The notes below the pieces were generated by a model that worked only from the letters and a program-made list of their open reading frames with translations, made no database searches and was not told the origin of the DNA. DNA of 64,000 bases from Lama glama. Its lineage: Eukaryota. The stretch lies in NCBI GenBank assembly GCA_028534125.1, contig CM052816.1, forward strand, positions 40,364,001-40,428,000. The letters run 5' to 3'. Below are positions 10,440-21,625 of the stretch, in pieces (the stretch's first letter is position 1; the number at the start of each line of letters is the position of its first letter). The position numbers and the translations under genes were made by a program.

Positions 10440-11760
10440 GGTGTTCTTATCCAAAAGGGCAGAGGTAGTAATGGATCTAAGCCAAGGGGGTTATCCTAAT
10501 GCCACAGGACCCAGTTGCTGGCTTTAATAGTCAATGGGCCAATGGTAGTCCCTGTGTTTTTGGGTAAGTACCCTAAGGACGTTCTCTTCGTTTTCAAATA
10601 CAAAGAGTCAAAAGAAAATCTAGTCATTGGGATGGCCAAGGGAATGTGGATTCATCAAATTTTCCTTTAAGGCCTTGAAAGCTATGTTGTTTGGTTCTTC
10701 CCATAAAACTGGTTCAAGGTATTATTGTTTAGTAAAACGTATAGAAGTTTGGCCATAAGACAGATATTTGGAATTCTAATATTGGCCATAAGCAGTTAGC
10801 TCAAGAAACTTTGCAGTTGATGCTTTAGTTTTGGGTTTTGGGAAACTTGGGATACCATGAAGCCTATCTGGATCTAGATATAGCCCTGTTCTGATACCAT
10901 ATGCCATAAATATCAATCCTGGGTTTGGGAAAGCTGTGATTTTCTTTGACAAGCTTTTATTGCTTTAAGGCTAAAAGCTTTGGCACGTGGATGCTGACTT
11001 GCTGTGAGGAGGCTTGGGATGGAGAGCAAAGAAGCGAATTATACATAAATTGTAACAAAGTATGACCCCTAGGGAACTTTATATCATTCAGATAAACCTT
11101 GTGGATTTGTGAGAAATAAAAAGGACTCTCAGTAAAACCTTGAGGTATTTCTGTCCTGGTGAATTGTTTTTATTTCCAAGTGAAGGCAAAAAGGTATTGG
11201 ATAGCTTCATCAAGTGGAATACTAAAGAATGCACTGCAGAAGTCAATTGTAGTAAATAATTTGCAGCTGATGGGAATAGCTGTTACTAGCTTATGAAAGT
11301 TAGAAACAACAAGGTGTCAAGTGATAACAATGTTTTTTATTGCTGGGAAGTCCTGGACAAACCCTTGGCCTTTAGGTTTTCTCACTGGTAAACTGAGAGT
11401 GTTATGGAGGCCAGTACTAGGGATAATGAGTCCTTAAGCTTTGTAATCTATTATGAGCTTTATGCCTTGATGAGCTTCTTTACTTACAGGATATTGATTA
11501 ATTCTGGGAGGAAGTTTGGAGGGATCTATTTGCATCTTGATTGGAGGTATGCTATGAATTATGCCAATTATCAGTTGAAGATTTTGTTCATAAGGGGAAT
11601 GATAACTGATTCCATAGGGACACATGATGAATGCTTCCAAAATTAGCTCAAGAATCCTCAGAAACGGAAGACATTCATCCCCAGTCTGGATAAATTTTTT
11701 CCAACCCAATTAAGAGGGAGGACTGGGAAGAGCTCCTGTACTTCCTAGGAGCTCCATCTT
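10440..11760 (-). pseudogene. pol: ERV pro N-terminus / reverse transcriptase / connection remnant
   Basis: IGIIHSIPPIKMQIDPSKLPPRINQYPVSKEA, IDFCSAFFSIPLDEAIQYLFAFTW, IPQGFTESPFYFSQ and LLQFMYNSLLCS (decayed YxDD). Multiple stops and frameshifts. Confidence 0.9.
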
Positions 11761-11799
11761 TGAGAATTGGGAGGATGTTGGAAAGGCTGGTTAGAAGGC

Positions 11800-13171
11800 T
11801 GAAGGCACGTAAGATGCTTCAATGTGCAACAATCTCTTTCAATATCATGGCTTTTTGTGATTATAGCAGAAACTAGGAGGGTTTTGGTTTCATTTAGGAG
11901 CATTCATTTGCTGGAGTTGAAGATGAAGAATTTTGGCAGTTGTTTTTTTAAGGTGACTCATCTAGAGTGAGAGAGAGCTGGTTTGTCAGATGAACTAAAT
12001 CTGGAGTAAATAGTTTTCCATTCCATCCTGGTCCTCTTTACTAGAAGGAAAGTGTCCTGGTTCAGTCCATTAATAGAGTTAAAAACTACTTGGGTGGAAT
12101 CAACATCTAAGGAAAATCCAGAATATTCTTTAAAAATATGAAGTCAGTTGTGGTAGTCATGAACAGATTCATCAGATTTTTGTGTGCAAGACTAAATTCT
12201 GTTCCAATCAATGGGCTTTGGAAGAGCCCTAGGAATTGCTCAAAGAAGACACTTAGGATTGCCAGAGCCTGATCATATAATAAATTAGTGCGCTGGTCTC
12301 CCATTTGTAATTCTAGAAACCTCAGGATTTTCCCAATTAGCAGTTTCTATCTAATGCTGGGCCTGACCTTCAATGACAAGCATATGAACTAGCTGATAGG
12401 AGTCAGAGAAACCAGGTTGATAAGTCTGAATAACTATATGAAATTCTTTAGCAAATCTGTGATGATCTTTGAATACTAGGAAAATCTTTGACTATGTCTT
12501 ACAATTCAGCTTTAGTCCAGGGCATCTAAGAACTTAAAAGTTTAGTTGCTGGATCCTCATAAGGCTTAATGTTTAAGGGACAGGTTCTGACAAGTTTAGA
12601 GGAAAGGGTATTAGGCAGAGTTTCAGAGAAAAGGGGTAGTTCAGCAAGATAAGTAGTATATGGGACCTGAGGGTTCAGAGGAGGCATAGGTGGTATAAAA
12701 GGGAAAGAAGGTAGCGCCAAAGGCAGAGTCTGACCACAAGGAGCCAAGGGAGAGAGGCAGGACGAACCAGAGGCAGAGCTTGAGACAAAGAAGTCAAGGA
12801 AGAAGAGCCTGAGTCTTTTAGAGCCATTTTATCTTTTTAAAAAATAGTTTATTTGCCTCAGTTGATCTTAAAATCTTATTTTTCAAAGAGGCAATTTTAG
12901 ACTCCTGACAATGTTTGCAAGCCACAAAATATGAATCAAAATAGGCATATCAGTCAGTTCTGGCAATTTTTGAGCTACTTAATACAATTCAGTTTAAGGA
13001 AATTAAGTTTGGGTATTTCAGAAGTTCCCCATAAAGGCCGTTGATTTCCTAAACTTGGTCAGGTTGGTCCATTTTGTTATAAATGAACATAAGGAAGGGC
13101 AGTGATTTTTAAACATAAAAATAGGCTATAGTAGGGGTGCCCTCAAAATATTTAGGTAACTGGGATCCCAT
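11800..13171 (-). pseudogene. gag: ERV gag remnant (MA, Pro-rich, CA, NC)
   Basis: ATG at 13171 giving MGSQ (Gly2). PWTKAEL*DIVKDFP...RFAKEFHIVIQTYQPGFSDSYQLVHMLV is capsid-like. Decayed zinc knuckle near 11820-11885 (FCYNHKKP, frameshifted, ...KRDC). Confidence 0.85.
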
Positions 13172-13741
13172 TTCTTAAAGGTTTTTCTGTAGAGTAAAGA
13201 ACATTTTTCAAACAGCTCAAATAGCTTACTGCTCAAACAGCTCAACTCTGGCAGCTGTAGGCTAACATAAGCCAATTCTAAGGAAACAGCTTGGCGTCAA
13301 AGAAGCCAAAGCAAAGGCTTCCCCAGCCAGTTTTTGGGGAACAGCTCCTATTCCAAAGGAATGGGCCTGTAGCTGAACTGGCACAGTTTCAGTGCAGTGG
13401 CTCCTGTTTCAGAAGAAATAAGCCAGTGGCTTCTCAGCTGCCTTCAGGTGAAAGAGTCTGATCTCAGAGTCAGACCAGTGTGCCAAATGAGTACTTGCAT
13501 ACAGAACAAGACCTTAACCAGAGAGATGAAATCTTAAAATAGATCCCAAGTAAAGCCTGAAGAGCTACAAAAATAAAGAAGGCTTGAGCTTGGATCCAGG
13601 AGACAGGTGTACCTTCAGACTTCAGGGTCAGCAAGAAAAGCACTGAGCAACAGTGGGTTCAGCTGTGGGAACTGCACCGGCTCACTCTGCAGCCCTGGGG
13701 CCTTTTGGGTCTTCTCTAGTCCCTCTAAGAGGCCACTAAAA

Positions 13742-14052
13742 TGTTGACTTGGAATAGATTGTCAGACATTTTTCCAGAAAAGATGGGTTTATTCAGGATG
13801 AGCAGAGAACTGCAATTCAAAGTCTGCAACCATGTTAAGCCACATGCAAGTTCCTGCACAGCAAGGAAAGGAGAACACTTTTATAGAGAGGAAAAGGAGT
13901 TTGGGAGGGCTGTAGTAAACAAAGAGTTCCTGGCTTTTCATTGGCTGAATGCTGCCAGGAAATGAGAAGTCTTTCTTCTTCCTTTTGGGCTCTGCTATCA
14001 ACGCAGGATGTGAGAGCTCCCTCTCTGGTCTCCTGATTCTTTTTAATTGGAG
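13742..14052 (-). repeat. 5' LTR of the provirus, outer ~20 bp missing
   Basis: Aligns to 6840-7140 (e.g. AAAGATGGGTTT, AAGCCACATGC, TTGGGAGGGCT, GTGAGAGCTC). Minus-strand CCAAT and TATAAAA. Followed on the minus strand by a decayed PBS-like TAGTGGCCTCTTAGAGGGA (13720-13738). Confidence 0.9.
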
Positions 14053-14417
14053 GGATTCAGCAGATATCTTGACTTATCCAATTTTTATGTGTGATAGGTC
14101 TGAAAAATGTTATACTAAATAGGCAAGAACCTGTTGCCATCACTTCAGGTTAGGAAAGGATACTTGCTGCGTGTGCATGTAGAACCATGTGTGTCTACAT
14201 ATTTAAACTGAAAGCTAGGCAATTAAAGAAATTTGTCATATGATGCCCTCTGACTGAGCACAACACAGAGAAGAAAGAACTGTTTTCTCACTTACTGATT
14301 AAGATTATTGCTTCTAGACAAATTAGTGGAATGACTTCCAGTCAGGACTCAGAATCATCTATGTTAGGGAATAATCATCATCAATAATAAATGAATATAA
14401 GCTGTGCCGTGGAAATA

Positions 14418-14583
14418 TAGTTGTCCCTCTGTATCCACAGGGAATTATTTCCTGGAAGCCCCTGATACCAAAATCCAAGGATGCTCAAGTCCCTTATATA
14501 AAAATGGCATAATACAATGAATACATTTGGCCCTCTGTATCTGTGGATTTCACATCCATAGAGTCAACCAGCTGAGGATTGTA
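14418..14583 (+). mobile_element. TcMar-Tigger MITE fragment (MER2-like)
   Basis: AGTTGTCCCTCTGTATCCAC...ATACCAAAATCCAAGGATGCTCAAGTCCCTTATATAAAA. Confidence 0.8.
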
Positions 14584-14944
14584 ATTGTCTTATTGATATT
14601 TCCTTATTATTATAATGTTGGGGTATTGTTTATCTTTCATATTTATTATAAGGAATGCCAGCAACTTTAATATTGATAGTGATTCAACTTTGAAGCACAT
14701 ATTTCTATATCATACTTTTTGTAAGTATTTATTTTAGGTTAAAGAATATTAAGATTTTAAGTTAACAGTTTTACTTGCTTATCTGTTTGAATCAGGATTT
14801 TATCTGTATTATGCAATCAAAACAAACAGAAAGAAAGACATTAGATGATAGGCTAATGTACAATAGCAACCATCATTTAATAATCTTTGTTTTCAGCTTT
14901 TAAAATCTAAACACCTTCAATTTTCTCATTGAGGATGGTAAGTA

Positions 14945-15070
14945 AATGTTATCTTAAGAATGCATTTTACTAACTAGTCAACCATGTTTATATTTTTACT
15001 CATTGAGATTCTATGTAAGATTTCATTTGGAAAAAAGTGCTCATTTGTTAACAACATTTAAAACCACTAT
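14945..15070. mobile_element. hAT-Charlie fragment (Charlie4z-like)
   Basis: GATTCTATGTAAGATTTCATTTGGAAAAAAG...TTTAAAACCACT. Confidence 0.5.
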
Positions 15071-15439
15071 TCTGAGATATTAATCAAAGGTGAACCTGAA
15101 AAAGAGAGGTAGCACTGACAGAGGGTTATGAATTCTGTGAAGGTAAATCTAATTTTAGATATTTAGGGTTTGATGTGTGACAATCACCTACATTGTAGAG
15201 TGTATTTATAAGTTATCATTATAGTTTTCTAAGAAAAGTAACTATGGAAGTGGTTACCAAAAAAGCAAAAAAAGAAAGAGAATACAAAGGACTAAGTTTA
15301 AGACTTGAAGACATCTCACAATTGAGAGAAATATATAAGAGAGGAGAAATTGCATAGTATATGTTGAAAATTTTTTCTCATAAAAATCCAGTTTGAAATA
15401 CACAGAGTTTTATCAGTACATTTGCATTCATGCTGTAAA

Positions 15440-15909
15440 ACAATTATTGTTACTGCAATTATGGCCTGCTTTGAAAGCCCTAGTTCAATGTGCCATTGCT
15501 GCTCTTCCTACTGAGAGGTAGATTCTGTTTCTCTACCCCTTTGAATACAGCCTTGTGTCTCGCTTTGACTAATGGAATGTGTTAGAAATGATGCCGTGTG
15601 ACTTTTGAGCCAGTCAATGGCCATTGCTGCTCTCTTGTAATGTAGGTGTCACATGTAAGGACGCTCAGGCTGATCTAGTTTCCTTGAGGATAAAAGACAC
15701 CTAGAGAGAGGCCCAGCTATTCTAGATGTTGCAGATGAACCCAACTCCAGCTAACTTTTCAGCTAGATGCAGTGGCATGAATGAGCACAGGTGAAAACAG
15801 CACAGGAATTGCCTGCTTAGACCAAGTATTTGTGAAAAATAATGCACTGTTATTGTTTTAAGCTAGTGTGTTTGGGATAGCTCTTATGTAGCAAAGTATA
15901 ACTGATACA
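15440..15909 (+). mobile_element. ERVL-MaLR solo LTR (MLT1G/H-like)
   Basis: GCTTTGACTAATGGAATGTG and GTGTGACTTTTGAG, with terminus TTGTTTTAAGCTAGTG...TATGTAGCAAAGTATAACTGATACA. Confidence 0.75.
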
Positions 15910-16139
15910 CTGAAAAAAATAGGTTCTTTTTGTTGTTAATTTCACCTATTTTCAAATTCACATGTGTCATATTCACAACTATGTGGTTTAATGAATAATG
16001 CAATATTGTATAAGGTTTTCTATAGTAGTTGAAATTAGTAAGAATATCAATAATTATTTTTTCTTGTTATGTATAAAGGCATATTACAACATTATTCAGC
16101 TTAAGGATCAACTAAGTTTTCTAGCAGAAAGAATTCAAG

Positions 16140-16281
16140 GGGTGGGGAAGGTATAGCTCAGTAGTAGAGTACGTGCTTAGTATGCACGAGGTCCTGGGTT
16201 CAATCCCCAGTACCTCTATTAAAAAAAAATAAAATAAACAAACAAATAAATAATAAACCTAATTACCTCCCCCCACAAAAA
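16140..16281 (+). mobile_element. tRNA-Ala-derived SINE, camelid Vic-1 type, inserted in a MIR
   Basis: A box TAGCTCAGTAG (16154-16164), B box GGTTCAATCC (16197-16206) and anticodon-like stem CGTGC-TTAGTAT-GCACG. A-rich tract, then AAACCTAATTACCTCCCCCC and an A tail. Same layout as 55887-56049. Confidence 0.88.
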
Positions 16282-16284
16282 AAA

Positions 16285-16430
16285 TAATGTAAGATTTGGA
16301 GATAAAGAATTGATTTAAAACAATTTGAGAAGAATTCACTAACTGGGTGATTTGGGTCAAGTTATTTCATCTATCTAGCTCCCTATTTCCTTATTAGATT
16401 AAAAAGCATTTAAGACAGATGGTTTCCAAG
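16285..16430 (+). mobile_element. MIR SINE remnant
   Basis: GATTTGGAG...CACTAACTGGGTGATTTGGGTCAAGTTATTTCATCT...ATTTCCTTAT resembles the MIR core. Confidence 0.55.
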
Positions 16431-16439
16431 GTTGAAAGG

Positions 16440-16510
16440 ATATATACATATACATAAACACACACACACATGCATATATATACATATATATATATACATG
16501 CATATATGTA
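16440..16510. repeat. Compound (TA)/(CA) low-complexity microsatellite
   Basis: TATATACATATACATAAACACACACACACATGCATATATATACATATATA. Confidence 0.85.
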
Positions 16511-18534
16511 TTTTGTTATTGTTTTATCTGTTTTATATTATATATAGTTCAATAAGTCCATTAGAATTTGTTGCCAGGGTTTCATTTCCTTCGTTCAGCA
16601 TAATGTGTAGCTGAATGTAAACTGTGAGCAGATTACTGAAAATATTGCCCCAAATGCTTTCTAGAAAATATTTTAAGATGACTGAAACAAGTTTTATGAC
16701 AGGTTATCAATTTTAATACTAGGTTCTAATGTCAGTTTATTCACATTAATGTTAAAAAGAGTAGAATTTGAGAATTAAACAAGAAGTGAAACTAATGTAT
16801 CTCTGTGACTCTGAAAGCCACAAACTAAAACTATGATGACTGAGTGAATAGATGAAGACTATATAAATAAGTAAGTAAGTAAGTAAATAAATAAATGAAT
16901 GAGATACATCATCTGTTTGCTTTTGTCAGATACTGTATTCGTGTGGTAAGTAGTCTTTGCCACAGACTTCGGGGAATGGCATTTTATTCATTCATTGCTG
17001 ACATGAGAGTCAATCATCTTTTGACATATATGACAAGTCAAATAAGCAAGAAAAAAGTACTTGCCAAAATACTTAAATTATTAAGTGTAAGGAGATTTGC
17101 TCACAAAGGCATGACACTAGAAAGCTTTAATGTAGTCAATTTGAAAAAAATGTATATGTCAATCATAAACTTTGATTTTGTTGCCTGTGCTTACTACAAT
17201 GTTTAATATGTAATTCCATATGTATGGCAAAAATCACTGTTCCATTTATAGATATATTGTATAATATATGAAGTACATATGAAATTTTCACTTTTATTAG
17301 AATTTTCCCTTTTAAGTTCAAGGGACAAAGGAATTAAGAATAATGGCTAGTGGAATTGGGTGGAATTGAGATACACAATTATTAATCTAAAACTGCTTAT
17401 GACTGGCTTATATACTATTAAAAATTAAGTTAGGGTTTATTTTGTTTTATGATATTACTTGAGGTATTTAAAGATACTGGATATTTCAAAATTATGTTTG
17501 CCAATTAATGGCAAAGAATGAAAAATGAAAATAACTTTTTGAAAAACATATGCAAAAAACTTTCGTTAAAATAATTTAGATTGATAGTGGAAATAGTTAA
17601 ATAAAATTATTTAGTCTCATTAAAACTCAGTTTTGTTTATAAAAGTTTTATGGCCCTATTAAAAAAAATTTTTTTACTTCTTTGTATGTTTTACAGCCAT
17701 TTTTACCTTTCTCTAAGTATAATTAGATTAAATTTTCATGTAGTCATTATAGTTTCTTTCTTAAGTTTATTTCTACAAAAAAAATAGTAGAATGGAAAAG
17801 AAAATAGAGATTTATTATGTTCCATTAATTTTCTTTAAGGCATATCTGATATTCTTGCCTACTATGAGAATGGAACTGTGTTTATTTTTGTACTTGTTTA
17901 ATTCATACAGTCAAGTCAAAATTTTTTCATTGGAAAACCATTGTTTCTGTAGACCAAGAGATACTTTTCTCTCACTTCAGAAAATTTTGTTAGATGATAA
18001 TCCATTGTGCCGGAGACTTTGGATGCTTTCCTCACACTGACATACCAAAGTAGCTGAATCAGTTCAGTCAGTAGTTTACATTTTTAATATCAATAAGATT
18101 GTAGCTATTCAATGATATGAACTGTACTCCACATGACACATATATTTAACATGTCGTCAAATCAATCACTAAAGCCTCATGTTGTGGAATGAATAAGAGA
18201 AGAGAAAAATCCCTCCAAAGCACTGTGAGCCTTCATAGAGTGTACGCAGACGCTCTTTGAAGGCTGAACAGGACAATGGAGGGGAGAAAGATCTCTGACG
18301 TACAGAAAGTAGAGCAGAGAGATATCACCAGTGATCCAAATTACTTTGAAACAGAGAGGAATCTCCCAAGGTTTGAACACTGATTAGCTGTTTTAGTGTT
18401 TAATTCATTGGGAGTAAGGTTATTTCTATAAAGAACACTATTCAAAGTAACTGAGAAATATCATATGATAAATATGATGTTAAAAAATGCAAATATACAT
18501 ATGTTTATATATAGGGATTTGAATAGCAAACTGT

Positions 18535-18688
18535 ATCTAAAATCAGAAGATCCGAGTCTAGGTCTCCAAAGGACTATTTGGCCGCTGGAAAATAAGTTAT
18601 TCTTTTAAGACTTAAGGTACCTTATCTGTAAAATTAAAGAGTTGGACTTAGTGATCTCTTTTAACTTTAAAATTATGTGATTCTCTAT
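18535..18688 (+). mobile_element. MIR/MIR3 remnant
   Basis: AATCAGAAGATCCGAGTCTAG...TTATCTGTAAAATTAAAGAGTTGGACTTAGTGATCTCT...ATTATGTGATTCT. Confidence 0.6.
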
Positions 18689-19789
18689 TGACTGACATCT
18701 GTTACCTTAAATTCAGATTGATAAGTCATATTTAAGAGAGAAATTAAATTATAAATTCTTATTATTCCATGGAGTTAAATTAAGATAAAGATTTAGTAGT
18801 AATAGAAAAACTATTACTACTTCTTGAGCATCCACATTATGCTCCTAAAAATAGTCATGTTCTCCTTTCTTACTTACACTACATATGATTTGTACACCAA
18901 AATACAAATTTTATTTTAAATAGAAATGTAAGCTACCAAAGCTTTTGGCTCATCTTTGGTGTTATGGAGTTATCAGCAATGAAGAGAAGATAGGAGCTAT
19001 TGGAACTGGTAACAATGAATTAAGAGTGCAGAGCGGAAACTAACAGTGTATATCACCTGGAAAAGTATTGAAATTTTAAAATTATTCTTCACGAGTCCCT
19101 CCTCGTATAAGAGAAATCTTTGTATAAGATAAATCTCAAAGTAAAAAGGTATGTCATCTTTTAAGTATATTTGCTCACATATGAGATTAAAAGGCAAATT
19201 CCTAAGGTACAGAAAGTTGAGGGGCTTATCTCAGTGCACACTTTTGGTACTCTGTACCTATTTAGTGAATCAATATATGTAAAGAACTACACTGTTTCTT
19301 GGTTAAACAGTAGAGGTCTAGTATTCCTGGTCATGGTCCAAGAATAGCCATGAAAAGAGAAATTCAGAGTTTGGTTTTTGCTTTTAATAGGGAGATTTCT
19401 AAAGGAGAATACATTAGAATAACTGAGTTTGGAGAGGAAGAAAAACGAGTCTCCATAAAGTAAATGGAGAAAATGCTGAGGAAAATTAGTTGGGAATGCC
19501 AAATCTATGATTCTATTAACAGATGATTTTATTGACAGAATGAAAGAAGTGTGAACTTAAGATCTGAAAAGATACATTTATTAATGTATTTTTGTCCATT
19601 TCCCAAAATCTCTTGAGGCTTGGGCTTACCTTTGGTTTTTGGAAAGATTTCTATTATCATCAATAAAGTAGTCTCCTCCATCACAATAAAAATTTGTGTA
19701 AGATGCAAACACAGAAATGTGAAAGGATATAAATGCAGAAGAGAGCAGAATTTATTAAATCATTTGGACCATTTAATATAATTGGAGGA

Positions 19790-20125
19790 AATATCTAAGC
19801 CAATTTTTTTGAGGATGAATAAGTGTTCATATAATGAATAATAATAAATGACATTTTAACAGATAAATAGGCATGAAGTTATGAGATGAAATAGTGTGTT
19901 CAACTAACTACTAGTAGTTTTATATTCCTGGAGTGTGATGTCCAAAGATTAGGAAGCAGCAAGAGAGGAGGAAAAGAGACAGTTTAAGAAGCCAATTCAG
20001 TAATCCAGACAAAAAGTGGAAATTATATAAATTAACGTCAGAGAATTGGAGAGGAAAAATAGATTCAAAGAATACTTTGGAATGAGGATCTTTGGGATTT
20101 GGTGATTATTGGAAAGTAGGGGATA
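19790..20125 (-). mobile_element. LINE-2 remnant
   Basis: GAGACAGTTTAAGAAGCCAATTCAGTAATCCAGAC...ATAGATTCAAAGAATACTTTGG...GGATTTGGTGATTATTGG. Confidence 0.55.
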
Positions 20126-21139
20126 TTGTAAGCACTTTATATTTTAAGCACCTTATTGATCTTTAAATAAATATGATGGTAGGAATTATTAGGACAAAAA
20201 AGTGTCCTTAAGTGTTTATAAGCTGGTTATTACGTTTATATGCTCACAATTTAAACAGCTAAATAGTTAATTACATCTTTTACTTTTCATGGGATATTTT
20301 ATTGATGAGCAGACAGAGGGAAGCACTTAAGATTACAGTGTGATATGCTTCAAAAATAGTAACAGTAAAAGATAAAATATATTATGTTTAATCAGTATAG
20401 ATTTACTTAAATTCTAATATCTGTTAAATGTCATGGAACAATATTTTATAATATAAAAATAATATTTTTATAATATGCAAACTTTCTGAATTCTCCTCAC
20501 TATTTTGAGAACATACTTCAAAAATATCCATAAACCTCTCTGCTTTTCAATATGAAAGGTTAAAGTAGCAATTCCTTTCTGTCACAGTAGAGATATATTT
20601 TAGCTCTTTTTTTCATAAAAACAAAACCACAGCAAATTTTCTTTCTTTGATGTATGCGTCTTTTTAAATATCTCCATCTGTGTCACCTTCCACAATGTAG
20701 CTAATTAAGTTTTTGTTTTCTTACACACTGTAAATACAGTTGTAACGTCCTGGTTACTAAAGATGGCTGAAGTAATATAAGTCTTGTTAGAACTCGTTGA
20801 TTACAGAATTGCTCACTACAGTCAGGCAACAGCAATTTCTTCTTGAGAAAAAGAGGAAATAATTTATAAAAGTCTATTTCAAAATATTTCATTGCTTAGA
20901 AATGATCTTTACTGGATACAGTCCTGTTAGCCATTGTGTTGCTAAAAAATGAAAAAAGGAAATTTTAGTTTAGTAATATAAGAGGTATTTATAGGATATC
21001 CACTTTACTTAGCTTCCTTCTAAAATACTCAATGCCAAGTAATATTTATGGACCTGGGATTTTATATGGACACCCACACTTTTGTGTGTGTATACATATA
21101 TATGTATCAATAATTATTGGATATAATCAATAGTAATAT

Positions 21140-21625
21140 TTATTGGCTATATTTTTCTACTTAACCAACAATCAAAAAATCTAGGGATTCAAAACACCTT
21201 TTTTAGCTCCTAATTCTGTGCATCATGACTTTGTGTTGGACTCAGTAAGAAAGTTCTCATGATGGTTAACTTGGGTCTTTTCCTATGTCTGCCGGCTGGT
21301 CAGGTGGGCTGCTCTGCTTTTATGGCTTGACTGATTATTGGCTGGGGTAACAGTAGCAAGTGGGTCTCTCATCACCCAGTGGCTATTCCAGGTTTGTTTC
21401 CATCATGGTGATAAATTTCAAGAATGGAGAGAAAGCAAGCCCCAGTGCTTAATTGCTATTCAAGCCTCTGCTTGTGAAACATTTCCTATCATCCCACATT
21501 GGTCAGAGCAAGTCACATGGCCAAGTACAAGGTCAGTGTAGGATGGAGCTTTGCAAGGGGAAGGGATACAGAGAGTCATGGAGACAGGAACAAATTAGTG
21601 GCCATTATTTCACCAGTTTACCACA
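21140..21625 (-). mobile_element. ERVL-MaLR solo LTR (MLT1H-like)
   Basis: CATTGGTCAGAGCAAGTCACATGGCCAAG and TTCAAGCCTCTGCTTG, with terminus GGCCATTATTT...TTTACCACA. Confidence 0.75.

Larger units (their letters stand above)
6840..14052 (-). mobile_element. Defective class I (ERV1) endogenous retrovirus provirus with nested L1s
   Basis: Two homologous LTRs in direct orientation, a PPT next to the 3' LTR, and gag, pro N-terminus, RT and integrase C-terminal remnants in retroviral order on the minus strand. Confidence 0.93.

Noticed and set aside
13720..13741. Assignment of the primer-binding site to a specific tRNA
   Set aside because: The first 8 nt resemble an Ile-type PBS (TGGTGGCC), but the rest is too decayed to assign.
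16140..16220. tRNA gene (Ala/Thr-like cloverleaf)
   Set aside because: The acceptor stem is imperfect, it is followed by a SINE tail, and a second copy with TSD lies at 55887-56049. It is a SINE head.
16282..16338. 3' transduction by the SINE (apparent TSD AAGAATTCA at 16129-16137 and 16330-16338)
   Set aside because: The intervening sequence reads as continuation of the host MIR and has no second A tail. A diverged TSD directly after the tail is simpler.
19626..19700. Minus-strand coding exon (YCDGGDY...) ending at AAG|GTAAGC
   Set aside because: There is no credible acceptor and no further kinase-like similarity, so a chance match is likely.
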